Shown here piece after piece: positions 1 through 9,720 of a stretch of 40,329 nucleotides of DNA. Source of the DNA: Polymyxa betae A26-41 (taxonomy: Eukaryota; Protista; Endomyxa: Phytomyxea); assembly GCA_003693705.1 (NCBI GenBank), contig RBZT01000298.1, positions 1-40,329 on the forward strand, written 5' to 3'. Position 1 is the stretch's first letter, and every line of letters begins with the position of its first letter. Both the position numbers and the translations under genes were made by a program. A model generated the notes under the pieces. The model was not told the origin of the DNA. It saw only the letters and a list, made by a program, of their open reading frames with translations, and ran no database searches.

Positions 1-25
1 ATTCTGGTCCCAACTCTTCTATAGG

Positions 26-2077
26 TTAAAAGTTAGCTGTCTGGCTGCTTGGATATCCGAGGAAGATGCACGCCGTCGCTTTGTTGTCCAACTTCTGACG
101 CCTTCTCTTAGGGACCAGAGCGTACGCTTGACATCCGAAGACGCGCAGGTGGTTGATTTCGGGGATCGTCCCTGTCCACAGCTCGAACGGGGACCGACCG
201 TCATTAGCTTTCGTCGGGAGGCGGTTCGTGATGTGCACCGACGCGGCCATGGCATACTTCCAGTATTCCTTAGGCAGGCTCGCCGTCCGCAGCATGGCTC
301 TTGTGGATTCGACCAGCGTTCTGTTTTTCCTCTCGGCGACACCATTCTGCTGGGGACAATCGGGCGAGGATGTCAGTAACTCTATGCCGCTTTCTGACAA
401 CCTTGTCTTCGCTTCGTTGGAGGTAAACTCCCCTCCATAATCAGCACGTATGTTTGCCACCTTGTTGCCCGTCTTCGCTTCGAAATAGCTGACTGCATTC
501 ATCAGATGTCGTAAAGCGTCCGACTTCTTGGCCAAAAAGTAGGCGACGGTGAAACGGCTGTAATCGTCAGTCACCGACACGACATATCGAAGCCCTTGGA
601 TGCTTTCGACCTCCATCGGCCCACATAGGTCAACGTGTAAGGTTCTTCCTGGCGCCTTCTCTCGGCGACGAGCTTCTTTAGGATACGGTTCATCGGTCTT
701 TCTTGTCAAAGCGCAGATCTTGCAGGTGCTAGACTTGGCTTGGCGTGCTTCGGCTTCGTCAATCGTCATTCCGGCGGCGCGTCGCTTGCTTGCAATTCCC
801 TTGATGAGATCGAGGCTGTAGTGGCATAACCGTTCGTGCCACTTCTCTAAGGGGACAAATGCAGTGTCTTCGGTGTCCGACAGGACGTAAAGGCGCTCGC
901 GGCGGATGCCTTTCGCGATCAGCATGCCGTCCTTCATCATCTTGCAGTCGTAATTGGTGAACACGATTTCGTCGACGCGTCCGGTGTCGCAAAGCGCCCC
1001 CACAGAGAGCAGGTTCGCCTTGATATCAGGTACGACCAGGATGTTGTCGATGCTGAGGTTGCCAACTTGATGACTGCTGCAGGTTCCTGTGGAGCTCAGG
1101 CTAGCTCCATTTCCGATTACGACTTCACGCCTTTCGTTGTTGTCGGCCGCTGCGCTGGGCGACATCGACGCGCTTGCTGCAGAATCGATTATCCACGATT
1201 TCTTGGCTTGAATTTCGTTCGCGAATGCACAGAGTGCTACATGTGCTTCATGCTGCTTTTGGTTGGTCTTTTTACTCTTGTTTTTCTTCTTGGAATTATC
1301 CTTGCCCTTAGATTCCTTACATTCTTGATCGCCGCGCCAATGTCCTGTCTCGCCACAGTCGAAACATTCGGAAGCGTCCTTATCGATCTTCTTCTTCCTG
1401 CCCTTTCGATCCTTGGATACGGCGGCGACCTCGGCGGGTCGAGACTCATTCTGTCCTTGACTCTGGTGGTAGCGAATCAGGGTTGTAACGACGTTGCTAA
1501 GCTGCAGCATCTCGGGATGGCCGAATCTGATTGATCTTTGCAGGTCTTTCATTGACGCTGGGAGCCGCTCCAGAATATAGAACGCCATCTCATCGTCGTC
1601 ATATGGCTTCCCTGCTGCTGCGAGGGCGTTTTGGGTTAGTTTCATGTCGTCGAGGAACTTTGGGATCTATGCGACCGATTCCAGGCGGATTGAGTGAAAA
1701 CGCTCTCGAAGGCTTATGATGTCTGTCGATATACGGCTCTCGTACAGTCCCCGAAGATGGTTCCAGATTTCGGCCGGCGTTGAGCAGTGCATCGTAAGGA
1801 TTCTATGGTGCTCGTTCATCTTGTTATTGAGCGCGATATGTAGGCCGCTTTGCCTCGAATCGTATTCCTCGAGCTGATTCTGAAACTCTTGGAAGCGGGC
1901 GTCGTCTGCATTGTCTTCCAAAACGGGTCGAGATTGGGTCCCAGACAACAAGCCGGTGACTTTTTGATGATTCGCCCATAGGAGGACATCAGTCTTCCAG
2001 ATCTGCCAATTCTCTTTTCCTTTCAGAACGAATCGGCTCATGTGGGCCGGCTTTACGATGTCGTTTCGTGGGTCCAT
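26..2077 (-). pseudogene. copia gag-pol polyprotein with one in-frame TAG (1667-1669), ending abruptly after the integrase C-terminal region
   Basis: ORFs 1667..2077 and 26..1645 are in the same frame (GCA TAG ATC CCA AAG TTC CTC GAC GAC ATG). The ORF stops at FLGYPSSQTANF*, where copia polyproteins normally continue. Confidence 0.85.
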
Positions 2078-2086
2078 TGCTGAGGT

Positions 2087-2107
2087 AAGCGTGCTGGCCC
2101 TATAACC
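2087..2107 (-). promoter_or_regulatory. Primer-binding site complementary to an internal (D-arm/anticodon) segment of initiator tRNA-Met
   Basis: + strand AAGCGTGCTGGCCCTATAACC matches the conserved eukaryotic tRNAiMet segment AAGCGTGCTGGGCCCATAACC at 19/21 positions. It abuts the LTR and lies 10 nt before the gag ATG. Confidence 0.85.
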
Positions 2108-2273
2108 TCTTGGTTTCCACGAACGACAGACAGGATCAAAAAAAGTGATTTGTATTTAGGTCCAAACTAGCTCGCAAACGTGTGGCCAGTAACAGCCACG
2201 ATCGCCCTGAAAATTGCAGCGAACACGCTGCCTTAAACAGGTCGCGCCTCGTCGCGGTCGCAACCCTCCAATA
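2108..2273 (-). repeat. Putative 5' LTR (~166 bp)
   Basis: The minus strand begins TATTGG and ends CCAAGA (degenerate TGTTGG...CCAACA termini), immediately followed by the PBS. Confidence 0.65.
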
Positions 2274-4918
2274 TTAAAACGGTATTTTTTGGCTTTGGAC
2301 AGTTTCTGTGATTTGCCTTCAAGCTTGGATAGTTTGCGTTTTTTTTTACTGTCTTCAGGATCTAATTGCTGGCGTCTCTTAGAGGACTTGTCAGACGCAC
2401 TGCTTCCGGTCTGTCAAGAACGTTTTGAACCTTTCCAAAAGTTTCGGTAGACTGCGAATCTCCCTCCGTGCTGGAGCAATCGTCGTCGTCGCCATCACCA
2501 CGACTGTGGGAAATATTTGCGGCCATAGTCAGATGGATGGAGGACTTCGAATTATAAAGCGCCAGCCTGTTCGTCCATACACGCCCGATCACTTTGCGAG
2601 TAAATGATAGATTTCTTACAGCAAAACTTGGCCACCCGGTGGAAATGCATGTTCGGGCTGTATAACATCTGATCGGAGCTTCAACCCTGATCATAGCAGT
2701 TCCCGCCCTTACCAATTCCTCTCATTATCGTACTCAGTTAATCTGCCCAGGTCGCTTAATAAACCAGCGAACAGGTTTCGTATCTGTCGAGTATGATAAG
2801 AATAGGCTCAAGTTTGACGAAATTTTGCCTACCTGAACGTCGACATTGTTCGTACGATTTATAACAGTTCTCTCTCCTCCAAGAATGCAATCACGGGAGA
2901 TATATCACAAGGATTCCGGAGTTCCTTACTTATTCCCTATGGGGAGAAAAGCAAGAAGAATATTTCCTTGAGCGATCCCTCCGGAATAAATTACCTATTC
3001 TGCTTTTATCAGAATAAATTTTTCGAATTAATTCCTTAACATTATTCCAGTGTTCATTCCGTAGAAACTAGTACAGGTCCCAACCTAAGCGGCAGGATTC
3101 ACTTCGCTTTCCACTTATTTGAGACAACGAGCAGATCCCATACAACGAATGGTGGAGAGAGACCAGATGATATCTGCGACGAGCGTGTCCACTAGGGAAG
3201 CGCGGCCTCGATTCACTAGTGGACAAAATGTTCGACCGGTCTGAAGAGCGGCAAATGTATGAGGCTCGTGAGGCCTTGATAAGGCCATTTAGCTGTTCGA
3301 TTGCCTCAAAGATTATTGAGCGAAGGATGCGAAGATCGTTTAGGCTAGATGCGTCAAACATCTGTAAGCCCAGCACCTTCAGATTCGGAATCTGCGGAAG
3401 TCGACGCTCTTCATCTTCAGTCCAGATTTTACCCTTATGATTGGCATAAGGGTAAACTGGAATTCGTTGAAAGGTTATTCAGGATCGCTTTCCGATTCGT
3501 TAGCAACATGCGGAACGTAGCGCATAGACGGCTGGGATGGTAAAGACATCGTGCAAAAAGTAACTGAAAAGGGCATCGAATCCTGCCAGATCGACGAGCC
3601 GTACCCCGCTGTCAAATTCAAATTTTGCCTTAATCGATCAGGAGATTAGACAGCCAAAAGAAAGCTCTTGTGAAATAGTAATTAAATTGTTAATTACGAA
3701 ACTATGTGATCTCAGGTTCGTTTGGATTTTATTAACTCGCATAATCCGAGTTTCTATCTGTTAAATCATGGGGAATAATTAACCCATTGAACTCCATCTG
3801 TCATTCGATATGAGAGCACGGATTCGACAGAGCAGGGCCACACGGTTTGTTCAGCTAGAACAGCGTTATGACGTTGAAGGTCACGCTGATCGCATCTTCC
3901 GCCAATTCTGGCAATAGCGACAGCGAAGCATTGATGGGAAACTGAAACCAGAATAGACTATCTATAGATGTTACAGCGTTGGGGTCGATGTCCGACGTGG
4001 TCTCGCATGGATTGCGAAATTCGCGTCGAAATATTCTCGAAAAACGCCTTTTAAGTGCTCAAACAGTGAAAACCGAGCGATGTGCAAGCCGATCCACTTC
4101 AAGCAAATGGGATTGCGGATCCAGCTCAATGATACCATCAGCAGGCCGTTCAATTTCATTCTCGAATTCGGCGTCCTCGACCTGCAAACCGGGTCCATCT
4201 TCAGGCACGGCTGCATCCGTTTTGGGTTTGTTAAACATGCCATTTCTGATTCGTTATTACCGATGTGCATGCCTAAGATTGTCATATTAAATCAGCATTG
4301 ACTTGACTTAATTAAGGGTTTGCTCTGACTGCGAAATGACTTCAACCTATAGTGCGATTAGGACCTGATCGTCATCAGATCCGCCTATAAACAAGCAAGG
4401 CTCAGAGTCCATCGCACGGACTCCAATTTCAGGTAAAAAACGTTCTGGCCGGATTTCTACCACGCCCTTCCACTTTGCTTCAAAAACCTACAGAGCCTGA
4501 TTGAAACGGCATACAAGTCGCTCGCATTCAGGCTTCAGGAGAATGCTGTTCAATCCCAGCTGGTTGCCGCATAAAAGATTGTCTCACTGAATGGAGAGTT
4601 CAGAAAAGCATTCAACGACTTCAAGGTGGGATCACTGGAATCGGAAAAACTGCGCTGATTGCAAAAAAGCCTTAAAGACTCGTCATCGAAAACAAATGCG
4701 AAAACATCGGCAAAATCGGGGCCTTTTTGTTAGGAAAACCCTTCTGCGACAATCCGAGCTTTATGTCCTCATTTTTACGGAGTTTTTTGTAGGGGTTATT
4801 TTGAGGTGTTTTTTAAACTTGAAAAATACAAAAAGTGCGACCGCAAACATGTGAAGCAGCCGATTTGTTTTTTCGGCGGATGGTTTCGGCCAATAACAAG
4901 GTCGCTGAGCGACGTCTG

Positions 4919-5257
4919 ATGAACAGCTGGGCCCTGGATGCTATCGGGGCGGTCTTATGCGTTGTTGGCGCCGTGGTCGGCTCGCTCGTGGTCCAGTACG
5001 TACGCCTGCTCCGTTACGAATACCAATGGACGTTATGGAAGGCGATCGCGATCGCCCTCGTGACCTGGCCCATCGCCGTCCCGGTCATGGCCGTGGTCTG
5101 GTACGTCCGCAGAATGCAACGGATCGGCGTTTTGCTGGTCCAGCACATGCCCGGACGGACGAAGGTCGTACCCGACCTCGAAGAGGTCGCTGTTGATCCA
5201 AATCCGCATGGAAAGGTGATGATCGTACTGGTAAAGCCTGGCATCATCCCGCCTTGA
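4919..5257 (+). CDS. Small two-transmembrane hypothetical protein (112 aa)
   Basis: GC-rich, GC3-biased ORF in AT-richer flanks; two hydrophobic helices (AIGAVLCVVGAVVGSLVV; AIAIALVTWPIAVPVMAVVWYV); ATG at 4919, TGA stop. Confidence 0.6.
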   Translation: MNSWALDAIGAVLCVVGAVVGSLVVQYVRLLRYEYQWTLWKAIAIALVTWPIAVPVMAVVWYVRRMQRIGVLLVQHMPGRTKVVPDLEEVAVDPNPHGKVMIVLVKPGIIPP

Positions 5258-5699
5258 TTTTAGCAGATATCTGTTATCTTAATTTAACGCGAAAATTTCA
5301 AAGTCGTTTTTGGTCGGATTGCTGCGATTTGAAATCTGATCGATGTCATTGTTCGAGTCGTCTTCATTTAATGTATGCAGAACTACAAAATGATATCGCT
5401 AAAGATTCAAGTAATTCTACTCAACCAATTTTAATGCACTTTTAGAAAACATTGCAAGAAGTGATTGTTCGAAAGCAGTTCATCACAGTGGTAAGATATG
5501 GCAGAATTTGATTAAAAAAGAAAAATGTTATCAGCTTATAGAATGGTGAAAGATTCCGGAAAGATTTTTGATAAAGTGAATTCCGATAGAAAATGAACGA
5601 GATCCGAGATGATTCCTTTTCCTCCAGATGGAAAAAGATGAGACAAATTATAGCAATCAGAGCCATCCGGCATAATCAAGAACCTCCTTCCTGATGATA

Positions 5700-6130
5700 A
5701 TGCCCAGAGCTGATAGCTGGACAGTCTAATCTTGAGACAGAAGTTTCCAATTAGCAAATTGTTGCATCGCAGGAATCGGCCAAAATCTACAACCTTGCCA
5801 ATGGACCGTTGCTCTTTTGAAAGCTTCGTTTTTGATCTTGAAACGTCGGGTCCAACGCACGGAGTTGTAACGTTCTCATGACCGGACTGTACGTCAGAAG
5901 AAGAACTCGTTTCACCATCAGATAATGAACAAGAATCAGACGACAATTACAACCGCGGGAGTTGACCAGAGCGCATACATGTTTCAGATTTCGAACACCA
6001 GATGCGTTGACCATGTCCTTCGTCGTCGAATTCATAATGTTTCCCGCAAAACGGGTGCACAGGCTGATAGCACGCAGGACACAGATGATTCCCGCTTATT
6101 GAAGAGTTACAAACAACGCAGCAATTCATA
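5700..6130 (-). pseudogene. Relic of a transposon-associated PHD-like zinc-finger protein
   Basis: CVVC..HLCPACYQPVHPFCG..EGHGQRIWC..C spacing resembles zinc fingers on protist/oomycete DNA-transposon proteins; followed by a Ser-rich linker with stops and frameshifts. Confidence 0.4.
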
Positions 6131-6374
6131 GCGGTGGTGATTGCGACAGCCGGACGGCGAGTAGAACGCAGCGAATCAGCTTTCAATGACGAATCCAGAC
6201 GCGAATTTGAGGGTATTGACCCGGGTCAAATTCGAAACACGCAGATTCCGCGATCCGTCAGTCACGCATAAATATAATTGCGAACGCAGTTTATTCTCTT
6301 ATAATCGATACTCTCTTATAATTGATAAAAACACCTGCCACCGACCATATCGATTATAAGAGAGTCTACGGTAC

Positions 6375-7315
6375 ATTGATAGTTTTCTGAATAGGAGGTA
6401 AATCCGGAACATTATCTGTCTGATGTAATAAAGATGTCGGTGTTGGAAAAGTTTCAATATCAGGTCGAGTGTCCAATGTTTCACGAAATCCATTCTCAGG
6501 AACAACCTGAAAAATACATCAACTTCATAAAACCACAGTTATAGGATGATTTCAGACGTCCAGGTCAAAATCAAAAGTGGAATCTGTGAAGTTATTGAAA
6601 TCGGAAAGATCAGAGAAATCCTGGAAGGAATTTGAATGATAGAGCATCGGTTCCTATAATGCAGGTTGTCGAAATGTGACTTCTTTCTGACAGAAATCTT
6701 ACTCTGGTGTCTGCAACCTGGAAGTCGAGAGGAAAGACACTATCAGGAGTCTCTTCAAGAAAGTCTGTAACATGACTATAGCCAGCATTCTGATTATAAA
6801 ATCTCAGCGATTTCTAAGACATGATACAAGAAACATTACATTGATAGTTTCCTGAATAGGAGGGAAATCCGGAACATTATATGTCTGATGTAATAAAGAT
6901 GTTGGTGTTGGAAAATTTCCAATATCAGGCCGGGTGTCCAGCATTTCATCAATTACATTCTCAGTGAATATCTGAATAAGATATCAGTTTCATACCATCA
7001 CAGTTTGATCATCATTTCATACACCAAAATCTTCCAGGTTAGAATCAAATGAAGGATCAAAGAGGTTGTTGAAAGAGGGAAGATCCGAGTAGTCGTGGAT
7101 TGAATATGAATTATGGTGAATGGTTTCCTATAATGCATGTTAGAAGATGTAACTTCATTGTAACAGATCAATCATTCTCCAGTGTCTGCAACCTGGAGGT
7201 CGAGAAGAGAGACACCAATATGAGTCTCTTCAAGACAGTCTGCAGCATTAGAGCTGAATGCAGCCAGGCACTCCGATAGGCTCAGTACCAGGAAGGGAAC
7301 CGCTTGACAAAGCAT
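6375..7315 (-). pseudogene. Family B secreted-protein gene with two tandem three-exon modules
   Basis: Signal-peptide-like MLCQAVPFLVLSLSECLA at 7315. Segments 6841-7260 and 6375-6790 are diverged direct repeats. The second module has intact GT-AG phase-0 introns (NAGYSHVTDFLEETPDSVFPLDFQVADTR | EPMLYHSNSFQDFSDLSDFNNFTDSTFDFDLD | VVPENGFRETLDTRPDIETFPTPTSLLHQTDNVPDLPPIQKTIN). The first donor of module 1 reads GA, and the gene appears truncated at 3'. Confidence 0.6.
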
Positions 7316-7819
7316 TTCCACGCCAATGAAGTCTGATCCAGTGATCATCGAACAGAGGCAATGGCAATGCTAGACCCGTTGGTCAAACCTCAGGAAAATC
7401 CTCACGCAGTTTTTGACGGATGCTGGTCAAAATAATCGGTTACGTACAGTGCGACTCATCTTAATTCTACACGGTTGATAGGCAGCCACAGAGATTACAT
7501 CTCCTGTTCCAAAAATTGTTCGACCTCACTAAACCCTCTGTAATTCAATAGATCTCAGCGTCCCCAACATCGAGACAGAAAGATTGTTTTTGTAATCGAA
7601 ATCCCTACTTCACAGTCCCTCTTTAAATTTGTATGAGACTGGCAGCATTTGAAATTTGTAAGGGAGGAAATGGAAGGTGCACAAAACTGCGCCACGCACT
7701 TTTACTTTTGAATAGCGCGAAAGTATTTTACAGTCGCGCAGTTTGTGAAACTCAATTGTCCGTAACGCAGTTCTGTGGATCGCATCGTTTCTTCTTGATC
7801 CAAATCCAGAAGCTTGCAG

Positions 7820-8075
7820 GCTTTCACAAGAACAAACTGCACATACATACTCTTTCCAGGATCTGCGAAAGGTCGCTCCCGTGGCGTTGAAAAGTGTTCC
7901 TGTACAGGAAATCCAAAAATTTGCTCGGAAGTGTTATCGCTACATGGACGCATATCGCGTCTGCGATGCAGGAGGGAATAAGTTAACTCCAGATCAAGTG
8001 GAGAAAGCCGTTAAGAAGCATCGGAGTCATCGCCGAATTCCAGTGCGAATTTTGAATGAGATCTTATTCTTCGCA
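7820..8075 (+). mobile_element. C-terminal fragment of an IS630/Tc1-like DDE transposase
   Basis: FTRTNCTY/SFQDLRKVAPVALKSVPVQEIQKFARKCYRYMDAYR...QVEKAVKKHRSHRRIP matches the characteristic 'RYMDAYR...AVKKYxSHRRIP' tail of this group; frameshifted; the catalytic region is missing. Confidence 0.7.
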
Positions 8076-8389
8076 AATTTGATAATTGTAATAAAAAGTA
8101 TTTTTGTGAAATCAACGTATATTGTCCGGTAAAAATGCCAAATTTCTAAAAGTGCGTTCGCACTTTATTTGAAATCGAATTGAAACAATGTAGAAAGAAT
8201 TGAGATGAGTCGCACTGTTCGTAATATTTTTCGGTTAGTTTTATACGTTCACGATTTTTAAAATATTTGCCGCAACGGTAATGGGAAATGTTTACGCAGA
8301 AAAATATGCGCGAGTCGTTTTCCCAATCTTTCACATTCGCATTTGAAGCTGCGCCTGTCTGTCAGTCAGCAACATTTCTGCAGTTGCTG

Positions 8390-9720
8390 GGCTCTACGGC
8401 ACCGTCTCATCATGGCGGCTGCTACGGCTTTCACTAGTCGTAGATCATCATGTTGGGCAAGGCTGTATAACCCTGGTGAATGCAGGAAAAACCAGATCGA
8501 TCAGATGGATTGGGAATCTGTCTATCACGCTTATCCTTTTCTTCAGTGTCATATATTTATGAAAACGGTCTTTTTGTCATCTTTTAAGATCTGATTCAAT
8601 TTTTTTTTCTGCTTTGACTTTGCGCTTTCTCTATCTGATTCTGCAGTCTGGTGATCACTTTTTGATTCTGTTGGTGTGCGATCCGGAGGTCCTGGCTGTG
8701 GTGATTGCAATCAAGCTATCCAGTACGTCCTTTTCTGTACTTTGTCAGATTTTTTCGGGGGCGGTTCTATTCTTTCTAACTTTCATTGCTTTATTGTGCA
8801 ATGCTCTTAATACTTTTGGCAGTCATATTTTTGCCTCATTTTTCTGACGAATTTTTCACAATGCTATTTCACTTCTGATGATTCGGAGACAACTGTCTGT
8901 TTCACCTTTACTGTTTCCCGTTTATCCTTTGCGTTTGCGCTATATCTGATTCGCTTGTTTGTGATCACTTTCTTATTCTGTGAGTGTGCGATCCGAACTT
9001 CTTGGCCATCTTGTTGTCCATCAAGGTATTCAATATTTCCTTTTTGCTTCTACTCTGTCTCTGCACAAAGTGTTAAAGGGACGAGCTCCCTGTGACTGGC
9101 TAGGGTTTAGGGTCGAGAGTGTGCTGCCCCTGCGCAGAGTGGTTCACATCCACGCGTTTCTTATTGTTGATGGTTATGGTCAAGTTGGACCGACCTGTCT
9201 ACGTTGGATTACTAAAAAGAGTTCTATTCTGATTTAAGCACGCTGTCTCGTTGAGAGGTGAGTAGTTTGATTATGGCAAAAGGTGCAGGATCAGGATCGG
9301 CGGCTAGACGAGGATCTCGTCAGATCTCGAGACATTCCGTTGCTCAGGCTGAGACCCAGCCCGCTCCGGAGGCAGTTCCGATCCGAACCACTTCTCACAA
9401 GCTCTAACTTTCATTTTTATTTTAGTGCCGTATCTAATGTTATTGAGGCTTTTGGTAATCACAATTTTGCATTGTTTTGCTGTCTAATTAAGCATGCTTT
9501 GCATTTTCACGAAGCTATTTCAATTTTTTCTAAGTTGGAGGCACTGCTTGTTTCAGCTTTACTGAGTCTCTTTTGCCTTTGCGTTTGTAATACCTGATTC
9601 AGAAGTTTGCTGATCACTTTTTGATTCAGTAGTGAGTTTAAATGGTGATACCTCGCAGACTGCAATTAGCAAGAGTTAAATGAATGGAGTTTGTGAAGAC
9701 TGGAATCAAAGTGAAAAAGA
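8390..9720 (-). pseudogene. Decayed coiled-coil repeat protein (~315-bp internal repeats)
   Basis: Three related units start near 8613, 8926 and 9575 (ctttgcg...ctgatt...gatcacttt..attc). The minus frame reads HSQDLRIAHQQNQKVITRLQNQIEKAQSQSRKKIESDLKR with many stops. Confidence 0.5.
9071..9399. mobile_element. Putative solo LTR (329 bp) inserted in repeat unit 2 of the coiled-coil pseudogene
   Basis: GC-richer block with TGT...ACA termini (tgttaaaggg...cttctcaca). Removing it restores collinearity with repeat unit 1. No clean 4-5 bp TSD. Confidence 0.55.

Larger units (their letters stand above)
26..2273 (-). mobile_element. Ty1/copia LTR retrotransposon, 5' portion (LTR-PBS-gag-protease-integrase), disrupted
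   Basis: Gag N-terminus (NWQIWKTDV), zinc knuckle CFDCGETGHWRGDQEC, protease WIIDSAASASM, HHCC region (WHERLCH...CKIC), integrase core (LHVDLCGP, IRADYGGEF, PQQNGVAERKNRTL) and downstream LRVFGC..KLD..CIFLGY. Copia domain order (PR then IN). RT/RNase H are not in the window. Confidence 0.95.

Noticed and set aside
1667-1669. Programmed gag-pol stop-codon readthrough
   Set aside because: The TAG lies inside the gag capsid-like region upstream of the zinc knuckle, not at the gag/pol junction, and lacks a CARYYA context; more likely a nonsense mutation.
2280-4830. Short ORFs upstream of the copia LTR
   Set aside because: Fragmented frames with no identifiable domain; probably old relics but not callable.
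7600-8180. Terminal inverted repeats for the DDE transposase fragment
   Set aside because: A palindrome (aaagtgcgttcgcacttt, ~8148-8166) is present at the 3' side, but I found no matching left TIR or TA target duplication.
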